From Candidatus Hydrogenedentota bacterium (lineage in GTDB: Bacteria > Hydrogenedentota > Hydrogenedentia > Hydrogenedentales > SLHB01), in contig JARKSN010000059.1 of NCBI GenBank assembly GCA_029974275.1, forward strand, positions 1 through 49,870: a stretch of DNA of 49,870 bases. The letters are read 5' to 3'. Of the stretch, positions 18,931 through 29,208 are shown piece by piece. The position numbers were made by a program, and so were the translations under genes. Each line of letters opens with the position of its first letter. Position 1 is the first letter of the stretch. Below the pieces are notes generated by a model. It ran no database searches. It saw nothing but the letters and a program-made list of their open reading frames with translations, and was not told where the DNA came from.

Positions 18931-19295
18931 CAATGCTCAAGAGTAAAATTCACCGCGCCACGGTCACCGAGGCCAATCTCAATTATGTAGGCAGCCTGAC
19001 GCTCGACGTAGCGCTCATGGAAGCCGCTGGGATGCTGCCGTTCGAGCAGGTTCAAGTGTTGAACCTCAACAACGGCGCGCGTTTCGAGACCTACCTCATC
19101 GAAGGCCCGCACGGAAGCGGCGTCGCCTGCCTCAACGGCCCCGCCGCGCGCCAAGGCCTCGTCGGCGATATCATCATCATCCTGACCTATGCCCTGATGG
19201 ACGAAAAAGAAGCCACAGGCCATGAAGCCAAAACCGTCCACGTCGACGCCGAGAACAGAATCGTCTCCATCGGCCACGAGCATGCGGTGGATTAG
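18921..19295 (+). CDS. panD: Aspartate 1-decarboxylase
   Basis: KSKIHRA, YVGS autocleavage site, RFETY, LNGPAAR. Confidence 0.96.
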   Translation: MLLTMLKSKIHRATVTEANLNYVGSLTLDVALMEAAGMLPFEQVQVLNLNNGARFETYLIEGPHGSGVACLNGPAARQGLVGDIIIILTYALMDEKEATGHEAKTVHVDAENRIVSIGHEHAVD

Positions 19296-20164
19296 GAATC
19301 TGCCTGTTTCTCCAATAGTCTTTTCTGTTCCTGCAGCGCCTTCTGCGCCTCTTCCGAGACCTTGGGGTATTTCAGTTTGAGGCCTTCAAGGGTCGACACG
19401 ATGATGTCGGCGACGGCGACGCGGGTGAACCATTTGTGGTCGGCGGGGACAATGCGCCACGGCGCCCATTTCGTGCTGGTGTGGGTAAAGACATCCTCGT
19501 AAGCTCTCATGTACTCGTCCCAGTGCTCGCGTTCGGCAACGTCGGCTGAGGAGAATTTCCAATTTTTCTCCGGCGCGTCGATGCGGTCAAGAAATCGCTG
19601 ACGCTGTTCGTCCTTGGACACATTGAGGAAAAATTTCAGCACGACGATCCCGTTTCGCGTCAGATAGCGCTCGAAGTTGTTGATGTCCTCGAAGCGGTCC
19701 TTCCAGATGTTCTTCGATCGCAACGCCTTTGGAATGCGTTGCCGCTCCAGGATATCCGGGTGCACCCGCGCGACAAGCACTTCCTCATAGTACGACCGAT
19801 TGAATATCCCGATGCGCCCGCGCTCGGGCAAGGCTTTCATGCAGCGCCAGAGATAGTCGTGATCGAGTTCCTCCTCCGATGGCGCCTTGAAGCTGAACAC
19901 CTGTACGCCTTGCGGGTTGACCCCGGACATCACGTGCTTGATCGCGCCGTCCTTGCCCGCCGCATCCATCGCCTGAAAAATGACCAGCAGCGCGTACGTG
20001 TTCTGGGCATAAAGAACGTCCTGCAAAGCCGATAGCCTCCGGATATCGCGATCGAGAACGGCTTGCGCATCCTCTTTTTTCCGGAACCTCCCCGTAAACG
20101 AGGAATCGAAATCTTCGATCCGGATGCGCCTTCCCGGGGGGACGAGATACTCTGCGTGCTTCAT
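19292..20164 (-). CDS. ppk2: Polyphosphate kinase 2 family protein (class III-like)
   Basis: [36 protein letters not shown]. Confidence 0.93.
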   Translation of the reverse strand: MKHAEYLVPPGRRIRIEDFDSSFTGRFRKKEDAQAVLDRDIRRLSALQDVLYAQNTYALLVIFQAMDAAGKDGAIKHVMSGVNPQGVQVFSFKAPSEEELDHDYLWRCMKALPERGRIGIFNRSYYEEVLVARVHPDILERQRIPKALRSKNIWKDRFEDINNFERYLTRNGIVVLKFFLNVSKDEQRQRFLDRIDAPEKNWKFSSADVAEREHWDEYMRAYEDVFTHTSTKWAPWRIVPADHKWFTRVAVADIIVSTLEGLKLKYPKVSEEAQKALQEQKRLLEKQADS

Positions 20165-20273
20165 GAACGCCTCCTCTTTCCTGACGTCAGTGTATCATGC
20201 CCGATCAATTCCATGTCGTCTATTTGAATGAGGCGGGCCCTTTTGTTAGCGTGACTTGCAGGAGGGTTCTGCC

Positions 20274-21461
20274 ATGCCCGAAAATCCAAGTCCTTCGCGT
20301 CCTCCGGAATTTGTGGGGGCGCGCAGCGCACGTGTTCGTTTCCCGTCCATTCCGCGGCGCCTCAAACGGATCATTGCCTTGGTGTTGGTGGTCGCCGTCA
20401 TCCCGCTCGCCCTGATTCGTTCCTTCTTTGTCTACGTTCACCCGGATCAATACGGCATCAAAGAGGTGAAGATAGGCATCCATCGAGGCATTCACAGCAA
20501 AATATACGAAGCGGGCTATGCCTTTGTCATTCCCTTCGGCATGGAGAAAATGCATCTGTTCCCGCGCAACATGCTGGTCTTGGAGCTGTCCGCCTACGCC
20601 AAGGAAGATTTCAAGTCTCCCACGCACACCTATGATCGGGCGGCGAAAATTCAGACCTCCGACGGTTTCTACGTGGACGTCGACGTAACCATCCTGTATC
20701 GCATCTCGGATGCGTACAAGGTCATCACCACGCTCGGTCCCGGGACGCTCTACCTCACCAACGGCCTTTTGCCCAAAGCCGAGCCCATCTTGAAGCAAAC
20801 GCTCGGGGAGTTGCGCACGGAAGACTTTTACAACAGCCCGCTGCGCGTGGAAAAGGCCCACAAGGCCCAGGAAATCCTGGGGGCCGAAATCGCCCCGAAG
20901 GGTCTGCAAGTCGACCAGGTGCTCATTCGCTATTTCAAATATAGCGATGAAATCCAAAAGAACATCGAGGCGAAAAAGCTCCAGGATCAGTTGGTCTTCA
21001 AGAATCAGGCGGAGGCGAAAGCCGCCATGGAGGAAGCGAAGCTGAAGCGCGTCACGCAGGAAGGCGAGATGAACGTCAAGGTCACCCTGCAAGAAGGCGA
21101 GGCGTATATGACCCAGAAGAGCGGCGACCGGGAACTGTACGTTCGCCGCAAAGGGGCCGAAGGAAACCTGATTGTCCGAAGCGCCGAAGCCGATGCGGTC
21201 GAGTGGAAAAACGAAGCCATGCAGACGCTCGGCAACGATCGCAAGGTGGCGATGGAGATGGCCAAGGTTCTCGAAGGGATCGATACCCTTATCGTTCCGA
21301 GCGGCCCTGGCGGGATCAATCCGCTCGATTTACAGTCGATGGTTGGTCTGTTCGGCGTCCAAAAACAAGAAGGCGGCGCGCCGCCCAAGCCGCATACGCC
21401 CTTTGTGGCAATACCCGCCGCGCCCGAAACTTCGGCTGCCGCTCCGGAGGTGACGCAATGA
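20274..21461 (+). CDS. SPFH/band 7 domain protein with N-terminal TM anchor and coiled coil
   Basis: GGAGG RBS; TM helix, IQTSDG..VDVDVTILYRI, Ala/Glu-rich coiled coil, Pro-rich tail. Confidence 0.85.
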   Translation: MPENPSPSRPPEFVGARSARVRFPSIPRRLKRIIALVLVVAVIPLALIRSFFVYVHPDQYGIKEVKIGIHRGIHSKIYEAGYAFVIPFGMEKMHLFPRNMLVLELSAYAKEDFKSPTHTYDRAAKIQTSDGFYVDVDVTILYRISDAYKVITTLGPGTLYLTNGLLPKAEPILKQTLGELRTEDFYNSPLRVEKAHKAQEILGAEIAPKGLQVDQVLIRYFKYSDEIQKNIEAKKLQDQLVFKNQAEAKAAMEEAKLKRVTQEGEMNVKVTLQEGEAYMTQKSGDRELYVRRKGAEGNLIVRSAEADAVEWKNEAMQTLGNDRKVAMEMAKVLEGIDTLIVPSGPGGINPLDLQSMVGLFGVQKQEGGAPPKPHTPFVAIPAAPETSAAAPEVTQ

Positions 21462-22549
21462 ATCCGCACCGGTATTTTCGCCAGGTCATCGCGCTGACGG
21501 CCCTATTCCTTGCCGCATCGGCCGTAAGCGGCTGCGTGCCGCACAGCACCGGGCCCACCGAGGTGGGGGTGCGCACCATCAAATTTTCGTTCATCGGCCG
21601 GACGGGCGTAGAGGAAAAGGCCTATCCGCCCGGCTCAACGTACTTTTTTGCGCCGTTTCTCAACGACTGGCATACGTTCGACACGCGCTTGATAACCCTG
21701 GAAATGACCGGGCACGGCATGCGCGGCGAAAGACCCAGCCGGGATGATCTTCTGTTCAAGACCATCGACGGCAACGACATCAGTCTCGACATCGTGATTT
21801 CCTACCGCATCGATCCCCAGAAAGCGCCGTTCATCCTCAAGGATGTAGCCAAAAACAACCTGGAGCTTCGAGAAAATATCATGCGGACCGTGGCGCGCAG
21901 CAAGCCGCGCGACATTTTTGGCGAACTCAACACCGAGCGCTTCTACTCCGCGGAAGAGCGCAACAAAAAGGCCGAAACCGCCCAAGAAGCGCTGAACCAA
22001 ATCCTTAAGCCTTACGGCGTGATCGTCGAGCGCGTCGGCATCGGCGACTACCGATTCAACGCGGACTATCAAAAGGCCATCGAGGATCGCATGGTGGCGG
22101 ACCAGCTTACGGAAAAATACCGTTCCGCCACCAAGGCGACGGAGCAGGAGTACCTCAAGCGCGTCGAAGTGGCCAAGGGCGATGTCGCGCGCATGAGGGC
22201 CGAAGCGGATGGACAATACAACCAAGCCGTCATCGAAGCCGACGCGAAGTTCGAGCGCCAGAAACGCCTTGCGGAGGCTATCCGCGCGGAAGGGCTTTCC
22301 GAAGCGGAAGCGGTTCGCCAGATGAACGAGGCCCTGATGGGATCGGGAGGCGAATCGGTGGTGAAGTTGCAAATAGCCCAGGCGTTGCAAGGGAAAAAAC
22401 TGATGCTGCTTCCGATGGGGAGCGGGCTGGATGTCCGCTCGACGGACATCAACGGTCTTCTTTCTTTATACGGAATCAAAAAGATCGGAGAAAGCGCTCC
22501 GGCATCGCCTGCTCCCGCTCCGGCGGCGCCGCCCGTCAAACCGCAATAA
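21458..22549 (+). CDS. SPFH/band 7 domain protein, probable lipoprotein
   Basis: ATGA overlap; signal ending AVSG-C; FKTIDGNDISLDIVISYRI; AEA-rich coiled coil. Confidence 0.85.
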   Translation: MNPHRYFRQVIALTALFLAASAVSGCVPHSTGPTEVGVRTIKFSFIGRTGVEEKAYPPGSTYFFAPFLNDWHTFDTRLITLEMTGHGMRGERPSRDDLLFKTIDGNDISLDIVISYRIDPQKAPFILKDVAKNNLELRENIMRTVARSKPRDIFGELNTERFYSAEERNKKAETAQEALNQILKPYGVIVERVGIGDYRFNADYQKAIEDRMVADQLTEKYRSATKATEQEYLKRVEVAKGDVARMRAEADGQYNQAVIEADAKFERQKRLAEAIRAEGLSEAEAVRQMNEALMGSGGESVVKLQIAQALQGKKLMLLPMGSGLDVRSTDINGLLSLYGIKKIGESAPASPAPAPAAPPVKPQ

Positions 22550-22561
22550 GGCAAAGTTGTT

Positions 22562-23398
22562 GTGATGAGCAAGCGTGACGCGATCGTCATGGTGGCGTGG
22601 GCAATGGTCCCCATCCTGACGTTGATAATTTTTGTGACGGCGGCGGCTCTCCGGGCGGGCGTTTCGACGCAAGAAAAAGAAGGGGAATCGCGTCTCTTCG
22701 ACCCCTCAGCGGCCAAACTCCATCCCGCCGCGCCGGCAACATCCTCCCATGAATCCGCGATGCCCGCGTCAACAGCGGATGGAGCCCCGCCTGTCGCAAC
22801 GCCCGAGGAACTCGTCGCGCAGGCGATGCGATCGAGCACGGTGGAGGGCCGCATCGCCGCCTTGCGCGCGCAGCTTGCCATCCCGGCTAACCGTCATGCC
22901 GCATCCCGCTTGAACAGCGCCCTTGCCGAGCAATATCTCGCTCTGGAGCCGCCCGCCTTGCCTGCCGCAGCCGCAGCGATCGATGAGGCGGATCGAACCG
23001 CCCAAACGTCCGAAGAGCGCCAGTTCGCCGGGCTGGCGCGCGTGAAACTGCTGGAGGCGCAAGGCTCCCTCATTCAAGCTCGCGATCTCATCGGAACCAT
23101 CACCTGGGACCACCCCGAATGGACCTTGGCCAGCGTATGGTTGCGCCTCGAATATGCGCGTCTCTGCGAAACCGCCGGCAACCTCCCCGAAGCGGAAACG
23201 GCGTATCGCGCCGCGGCGACTCAAGCGACCTTGTTGCTGATCGAGGGGGAAAGTCCGGCGGCGTTGGATGTTTACCGGCTGGCATGTTCACGCCTGTTGC
23301 GCCTCTACCGCAAACAAAATCGCGCGCTGGATGCAGAACAACTGCTCGAAAGCGCCACGAATGTGCTGGGCAGCCCGCTCGCGCCCGAAATGAGTTAG
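22562..23398 (+). CDS. Membrane-anchored helical (TPR-like) hypothetical protein
   Basis: N-terminal TM, low-complexity linker, repeats such as YARLCETAGNLPEAETAY; begins 12 bp after the SPFH gene. Confidence 0.6.
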   Translation: MMSKRDAIVMVAWAMVPILTLIIFVTAAALRAGVSTQEKEGESRLFDPSAAKLHPAAPATSSHESAMPASTADGAPPVATPEELVAQAMRSSTVEGRIAALRAQLAIPANRHAASRLNSALAEQYLALEPPALPAAAAAIDEADRTAQTSEERQFAGLARVKLLEAQGSLIQARDLIGTITWDHPEWTLASVWLRLEYARLCETAGNLPEAETAYRAAATQATLLLIEGESPAALDVYRLACSRLLRLYRKQNRALDAEQLLESATNVLGSPLAPEMS

Positions 23399-23446
23399 CG
23401 GATCCAAGCAGACCGTTTGCTCATGCCTTTGGGCGTTCCATGCCGA

Positions 23447-24673
23447 TCACTCGATCGTCAAATGGGCAAGAACCTCGACATGCTGGGTGTGAGGGAAAAG
23501 ATCGACAGCGGCAAGCCGGCACAGACGATAGCCCGCCTCCCGGAACGCGGGAAGCTCCACATTGGCCAATACCTGCGGCTTGCAGGCGACATAGACAATG
23601 TGCCGCGGTCGCAGTTCCGTCAACCGGCGCAGGGCCTTGGGGTGAAGCCCCGCACGCGGCGGATCGAGCACCACAACCGCATCGCGCGGCATTGTTGCGC
23701 AGGTCTGTTTCAAATCGCGCAGGTAATCCTCGACAGGCTGTGTAATAAAAGTCATCGCCGCGACGCCGTTTGCGGCCGCGTTGCTTTCGCCATCCTCCGA
23801 CGCCGCGCGCACGCTTTCCACCGAGACTATCTCCGGAACGAAATCCGCGCAGACAAGACCGATCCCCCCGGAACCGCCATAGAGATCGTATAGCAACGAG
23901 GCAGAACAATCGTGCACCCATTCCCGGAGTCGCGCATAAAGCCGCTCCGTGGCCAGGGTATTTGTCTGAAAAAAACTAAAGGGGGATAGACGAAATCGCA
24001 GACTATGCTCAGCGTTTCCCGTAGGAACCTGCAACTCCTCATAAATGTACTCATCGCCATACAGCAGAGTCGACCGGTCCGCAAAAGCCCCCTCCGCTAG
24101 ACTGTCCGACACGGCGTGATAAATGCTGTCCGCAGGATAGACGCACCGCACCGCTTCGACAAACGATTCAACATCCACCTCGCCTTCACGCGTGATCAAC
24201 GCAACCATGCGCTGATCCGTACGCTTGCCCTCGCGCACAAGCAACGCCTTCAAAAGGCCGCTATGCCGACGCGTATCGTACGCAGGATAGTGGTGCAACC
24301 GGACCCAATCCCGCACGGAATCCAACAGTGCGGGAATCCCCTCCGGACCAATCTTGCACTCGTCAATCTCGAGCGGCGCGTACCACCGGCCTTTCTGCTT
24401 AAACCCCAACACAGTCTCGCGCTGAAAATCCTTCGGCGGCGGCATATCGTAATGCTTGCCCCCAAACGTAAAGTCCACTTTGTTGCGATAGTGCCACAAC
24501 ACAGGCGAAGGCTCGACCTCGATCGGCGCTTTCCAATACGAACCAAACAACGAAGCCAGCGTGGATGCTTTCTGCACACGTTGTTGGTCGTAATCAAGGT
24601 CCTGATGTTGACAGCCGCCGCAACGACCAAAATGGCGGCAACGCTCGGACATGGTATTCATCATCGAATCCAT
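23447..24673 (-). CDS. rlmD: RNA (uracil-C5)-methyltransferase, TrmA/RlmD family, lacking a TRAM domain
   Basis: CRHFGRCGGC Fe-S motif, YRNK, SFFQTN, DLYGGSG, LDPPRAG, YVAC, DLFPHT.HVE. Confidence 0.85.
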   Translation of the reverse strand: MDSMMNTMSERCRHFGRCGGCQHQDLDYDQQRVQKASTLASLFGSYWKAPIEVEPSPVLWHYRNKVDFTFGGKHYDMPPPKDFQRETVLGFKQKGRWYAPLEIDECKIGPEGIPALLDSVRDWVRLHHYPAYDTRRHSGLLKALLVREGKRTDQRMVALITREGEVDVESFVEAVRCVYPADSIYHAVSDSLAEGAFADRSTLLYGDEYIYEELQVPTGNAEHSLRFRLSPFSFFQTNTLATERLYARLREWVHDCSASLLYDLYGGSGGIGLVCADFVPEIVSVESVRAASEDGESNAAANGVAAMTFITQPVEDYLRDLKQTCATMPRDAVVVLDPPRAGLHPKALRRLTELRPRHIVYVACKPQVLANVELPAFREAGYRLCRLAAVDLFPHTQHVEVLAHLTIE

Positions 24674-24699
24674 CTACTCGCTTTCAATGCAGTTTAGTC

Positions 24700-25704
24700 C
24701 TAATCGTCATCGGGAAGATCAATACGCATCCGAATCCAGACAGGCCGATGGTCCGAGAGAATGGCCGTCGCGCTGCGCCAATCGTCCATGAACCACTCGT
24801 AGTGCGGATCGTTATCGAAGGCAACAATCCCCACATCGACGCCCAATCGAGGATTGTCAGTGAATTCCTGCACGCCTCCCGACGCGAGGACCACTTGATC
24901 ATAAATCGTCAGCTTCTTTCCAGAGTTCGTGCTGTACTTGCCTTCGGAAGGATTGCTATCGGAAAGGTTAAAGGCCGGGTCTTCGTTGCGAATGGCATCG
25001 AGCAACGGGAAACGATAGTAGTCCGGCGCGGCCAAAGTCACAAGACAGCGCCAAGGGGCCTTGCCATCGAGAAAACGATTGAAATCGCCCAAGGCAATGA
25101 CGTCGCGCTCAGGTCCTTGGTTCATGCCTCGAAGCCAATGACCGATGGTCTCGCACTCGGCCAGACAACCCTCCGACGACTTGCCCTTCGCTTTCGTATA
25201 AAGGTGACAATTGAGAAGCATAAAGTCGAAGTTGCCCGCGCGGAAAAAAGCAAGGGTCGGGACGCGTTGAAACACAGGCGCGCCATTTCCATCGGGATCG
25301 GGATTGTGTGCAAATAGCGTGGGGGCGGACTGCAACGCTGCCGGTGAACGCCACAAGAAGGCAACGCGCTCATCGCCGGTGTGCTTTTCCGGGACAACAT
25401 ATTCGTACCGTGGCGTGCGGTAGTAATCGGCGGCCTTGTTGAGCAGTTTTGTGAGCCGCACAACCTGCTGCGCGCCCTTGTCGGTCGGTTCAATCTCTTG
25501 CAGCGCCCACACGTCCGCATTCGCATCTCGTAGAATATTCACAAGACTGATGAGCGATCGCTCGTACTCGTCCGTCGCGCCAAAATTCGCAATGTTGAAG
25601 GTGGCAATGCGTATGTATACGGGCTCGGCATGCACAAGGCCCTGCGTCGCAAGGACGAGCAAGAGGCATGTCCCAACGCGACCAGAACGTTTCACTCGAT
25701 ACAT
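24700..25704 (-). CDS. Secreted endonuclease/exonuclease/phosphatase (DNase I-like) protein
   Basis: Signal peptide (VHA-E), ATFNI, ALQEI, NCHL, GDFN, YD, SDHRP. Confidence 0.88.
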   Translation of the reverse strand: MYRVKRSGRVGTCLLLVLATQGLVHAEPVYIRIATFNIANFGATDEYERSLISLVNILRDANADVWALQEIEPTDKGAQQVVRLTKLLNKAADYYRTPRYEYVVPEKHTGDERVAFLWRSPAALQSAPTLFAHNPDPDGNGAPVFQRVPTLAFFRAGNFDFMLLNCHLYTKAKGKSSEGCLAECETIGHWLRGMNQGPERDVIALGDFNRFLDGKAPWRCLVTLAAPDYYRFPLLDAIRNEDPAFNLSDSNPSEGKYSTNSGKKLTIYDQVVLASGGVQEFTDNPRLGVDVGIVAFDNDPHYEWFMDDWRSATAILSDHRPVWIRMRIDLPDDD

Positions 25705-25708
25705 TGCC

Positions 25709-26296
25709 TCATGACCTCAGGCAGTCGTCGATGATGTTCCAGAGATCGCGAAGGCCTTCCTTCGTGATGGCCGAAAACGGTACGATGAGCGCCTCCTCAT
25801 CCAACCCCAACTCATCGCGAATCGTAGCAAGGGCCTCCTCGCGCTGCTTGGTCCCGACCTTATCGACTTTCGTAGCAACTAGAAGCGTGGGCACTTGGGT
25901 CTCGGCGAGCAAGTCTAGAAGCTCATGATCGTTGTCGGACGGCGCATGGCGAATATCCATCAGGTGCGCCACCAACTTCAGCGTTTTCCGCTGACCGAGG
26001 TAGTCCGTGATAGCTCGGCCCCACGTCTCCTTTAGCGCCAAAGGAACATTCGCATACCCGTAACCCGGCAAATCGACAAAATAGTACTTCGCATTTATAT
26101 CAAAGTAATTAAGCATCTGCGTCTTGCCGGGCTTCTTGCTGGTTTTCGCAAGGCCCTTGCGGTTGAGCAACACGTTCAACAAGGTCGACTTGCCAGTATT
26201 CGAACGACCCGCAAAAGCGATTTCCGGACGGTTGTCGCGTGGACAGTCTTTCAGCGTCACCGCACTTTTCAAAAATTCAGCCGTTATGATTTTCAT
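25709..26296 (-). CDS. engB: Ribosome biogenesis GTP-binding protein YihA/YsxC
   Basis: GRSNTGKS, PGKT, DLPGYG, TKVDK; directly downstream of lon. Confidence 0.96.
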   Translation of the reverse strand: MKIITAEFLKSAVTLKDCPRDNRPEIAFAGRSNTGKSTLLNVLLNRKGLAKTSKKPGKTQMLNYFDINAKYYFVDLPGYGYANVPLALKETWGRAITDYLGQRKTLKLVAHLMDIRHAPSDNDHELLDLLAETQVPTLLVATKVDKVGTKQREEALATIRDELGLDEEALIVPFSAITKEGLRDLWNIIDDCLRS

Positions 26297-26334
26297 GGGC
26301 AATCTCTAGCAGGGCTCTCTTCCATTGGGAAAAG

Positions 26335-28668
26335 TCACTTCCCGAAAACCGTTTTGAAGACTTCTTCAACGTGATTTACCAACACAAACTCGACGTCCTT
26401 CTTGATATCGGACGGTATTTCACTCAGGTCTATTTCGTTCTGTTTGGGCAGGATTAGCTTTCGGATGCCCGCCCGATGCGCCGCGAGCACCTTCTCCTTG
26501 ATTCCTCCCACCGGGAGCACGCGCCCCAATAGCGTAATCTCGCCCGTCATCGCGATGGGCTGCTTGGGCGCTTTCCCCTTCAGCGCCGAATATATCGACA
26601 CCGCCAAGGCTATGCCCGCCGATGGACCGTCTTTGGGAATCGCGCCCTCGGGGACATGCACGTGGAAATCCGTCTTGCCGTGGAACTGCTCAGGAAGACC
26701 CAGTTTTGTGGTGTGCGAGCGAAGGTACGTGTACGCGGCGTGAGCCGATTCTTTCATGACATCGCCCAACTGCCCGGTCAGCGTCAACGCGCCTTTTCCG
26801 CGCATCGTGCTCGTCTCGATGTTGAGAATATCGCCGCCGGAGTTGGTCCACGCCAGACCGATCGCAACGCCCGGTTGCGGCGCAATATCGGCCTGCGTGT
26901 CGTGGTACTCCTGCGGCCCCAGCAGCTCAACAACGGTCTTCTCGTCGACAACCGTCCGCGCACGCTTGGACCGTGTAACGACCTGCCGCGCCACCTTCCG
27001 GCAAACATTTGCGATCTGCCGTTCCAGTTCGCGGACACCCGCCTCGCGCGTGTACTTCGCAATGAGCGCCCGGACCCCCTCCTCGGCAAACTGAATGTTG
27101 CGCGGCTTGAGACCAGACGCTTCAAGCTGTCGCGGTATCAAAAAAAGCCCCGCGATCTTTTCCTTTTCGTATGGCGTGTAGCCAGGCAGCCGCACAACCT
27201 CCATGCGATCATGAAGAGGTTCCGGAATGTTGTATTCGTTGTTAGCCGTAGCAATGAAAAACGCCTCGCTCAAATCGAAGTCCACCTCGATATAATGATC
27301 GCTGAACGCTGAATTCTGTTGAGGATCAAGCACTTCCAACAGCGCCGAGGACGGATCGCCCCGGAAATCCGCGCTCATTTTGTCGATCTCATCCAGCATA
27401 AACACCGGATTCTTGACGCCGCTTTTCTTCATGCCCTGGATGATCCGACCCGGCATCGAACCAATGTACGTACGGCGATGCCCCCGTATTTCCGCTTCGT
27501 CGCGAATGCCGCCCAGTGACACCCGCACGAATTTCCGTCCCATGGCCCGAGCGATGGATTGTCCTAACGAAGTCTTGCCCACTCCAGGAGGCCCCACAAG
27601 ACAGAGGATCGGCCCTTTGGCGTTTTTGCTGAGCTTGCGCACGGCAAGAAACTCGAGAATGCGCTCCTTCACCTTCGCGAGACCGTAATGATCCTCATCG
27701 AGCACCTTTTTGGCCAACAAAATATCGAGCGCATCGCGCGTGCGTTTCTGCCACGGCAATTCGGCAAGCCATTCGAGATACGAGCGGACAACCGTTCCTT
27801 CGGGACTCATGGCGGGCATGCGCTCGAACCGGGTCAATTCGCGGAAAGCCTTCTCGCGGACGTCGGGGGGCATTTTGGCCCCTTCCAGTTGCTTGCGCAG
27901 CACCGCATGCTCGTCCGCAGCGTCGTCGCGCGATCCCAATTCCTGGTGAATGGCCTTCAACTGTTCGTGCAGGTAATATTCGCGTTGGCTGCGTTCCATT
28001 TGATCGCGCACCCGTTCGCGCACCCGCTGCTCGATCTCCAGCAGCTCATTCTCCCGCATCAAGACGCTCGACAAACGTTCGAGCCGATCGTGCGTCTTCA
28101 CGACTTCCAACAGATCCTGGCGTTCCTCGGACCGCAGCGGCAGATACGCGCAAATAAGGTCAACGAGGACCGGAGCATCGGTGATCGACGAAAGCGAAGC
28201 GACTATCTCCGGTGCGACCCGCTGGCTCAACCGGGAGTACTGTTCAAACTGCGTGAGCGTCATCCGCATCATGGCGACGCCCTCGTCGTCCGTAAGCGGC
28301 TCCTCCTCGATGGGCTCGACCGTCACCTCGGAGTACCCCCCCTGAAGGTGGAAACGCCGGACCCGCGCACGCCCCAGTCCTTCGACCACGATCTTAATCG
28401 TGCCATCGGGCATGCGCAGCGTCTGCAAAATATTCGCCGCGACGCCAATCAGGTACAAGTCCGCCTTGCCCGGAGCCTCGACGCCTGGGTCCCGCTGCGC
28501 ACACAGGAAAAGAGGCTGTCCCGTGGCGAGGCTCGCCTCGACCGCGGCGATCGAACTGGGCCGTCCCACCAGCAACGGCACGACCATCCGCGGGAAAACC
28601 ACCATGTCTTTCAAGGGCAACAATGGAAGCCGGTCGTTACCAGAAGCATGTTGCGCCGGTTTTGTCAT
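26335..28668 (-). CDS. lon: ATP-dependent Lon protease
   Basis: LPLLPL N-domain, GPPGVGKTS, LDEIDK, PKDGPSAG catalytic Ser, GGIKEK. Confidence 0.98.
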   Translation of the reverse strand: MTKPAQHASGNDRLPLLPLKDMVVFPRMVVPLLVGRPSSIAAVEASLATGQPLFLCAQRDPGVEAPGKADLYLIGVAANILQTLRMPDGTIKIVVEGLGRARVRRFHLQGGYSEVTVEPIEEEPLTDDEGVAMMRMTLTQFEQYSRLSQRVAPEIVASLSSITDAPVLVDLICAYLPLRSEERQDLLEVVKTHDRLERLSSVLMRENELLEIEQRVRERVRDQMERSQREYYLHEQLKAIHQELGSRDDAADEHAVLRKQLEGAKMPPDVREKAFRELTRFERMPAMSPEGTVVRSYLEWLAELPWQKRTRDALDILLAKKVLDEDHYGLAKVKERILEFLAVRKLSKNAKGPILCLVGPPGVGKTSLGQSIARAMGRKFVRVSLGGIRDEAEIRGHRRTYIGSMPGRIIQGMKKSGVKNPVFMLDEIDKMSADFRGDPSSALLEVLDPQQNSAFSDHYIEVDFDLSEAFFIATANNEYNIPEPLHDRMEVVRLPGYTPYEKEKIAGLFLIPRQLEASGLKPRNIQFAEEGVRALIAKYTREAGVRELERQIANVCRKVARQVVTRSKRARTVVDEKTVVELLGPQEYHDTQADIAPQPGVAIGLAWTNSGGDILNIETSTMRGKGALTLTGQLGDVMKESAHAAYTYLRSHTTKLGLPEQFHGKTDFHVHVPEGAIPKDGPSAGIALAVSIYSALKGKAPKQPIAMTGEITLLGRVLPVGGIKEKVLAAHRAGIRKLILPKQNEIDLSEIPSDIKKDVEFVLVNHVEEVFKTVFGK

Positions 28669-28908
28669 CGGAAAATCCTTACGGTTGGACGGGCGCCGGA
28701 ATGGCAATCGCCTCGACCCGCCTTGATACCATATGCACGACCATACGTCAACCTCGAGACAATGGCAAACTCACAACGCAGTCATCCCCCCCCCGCATTT
28801 TCCCGGAACGTGTTATACTCATGACGGATGTACGGTGAGGCGAACGGTCTTTCCGTTCGCGAGTTCCTGTCAATGGTGACGTTGCCGGCTCGGCCAGGAG
28901 GACACGCC

Positions 28909-29130
28909 ATGAAGGACTATCACGTCAACATCTATTACAGCGAGAAGGAGCGAGGCTACATCGCAGACATCCCTGACTTGGCGGCATGCCGCGCTTTTGG
29001 CGATACGCCGGAAGAAGCGATGGAACAAATCGAGATTGCCAAGGAGGCGTGGATGGATGCCGCACGCACGCAAGGGAAACCCATTCCGCCTCCCTTGTAC
29101 CGGCCCGCCGATTATCAGGAAAAGTCATAG
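28909..29130 (+). CDS. HicB-like antitoxin N-terminal domain protein (orphan)
   Basis: AGGAGG RBS; YIADIPDL..C.AFGDTPEEA....A...W......GKPIP.P. Confidence 0.85.
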   Translation: MKDYHVNIYYSEKERGYIADIPDLAACRAFGDTPEEAMEQIEIAKEAWMDAARTQGKPIPPPLYRPADYQEKS

Positions 29131-29208
29131 ATAGCCCTGATCTTGCGTCGCGCACGGCGAAGAATGCGGGGGAGGGGTGGGGTCCATGCTTTTCGGCCTT
29201 GGCAACGT

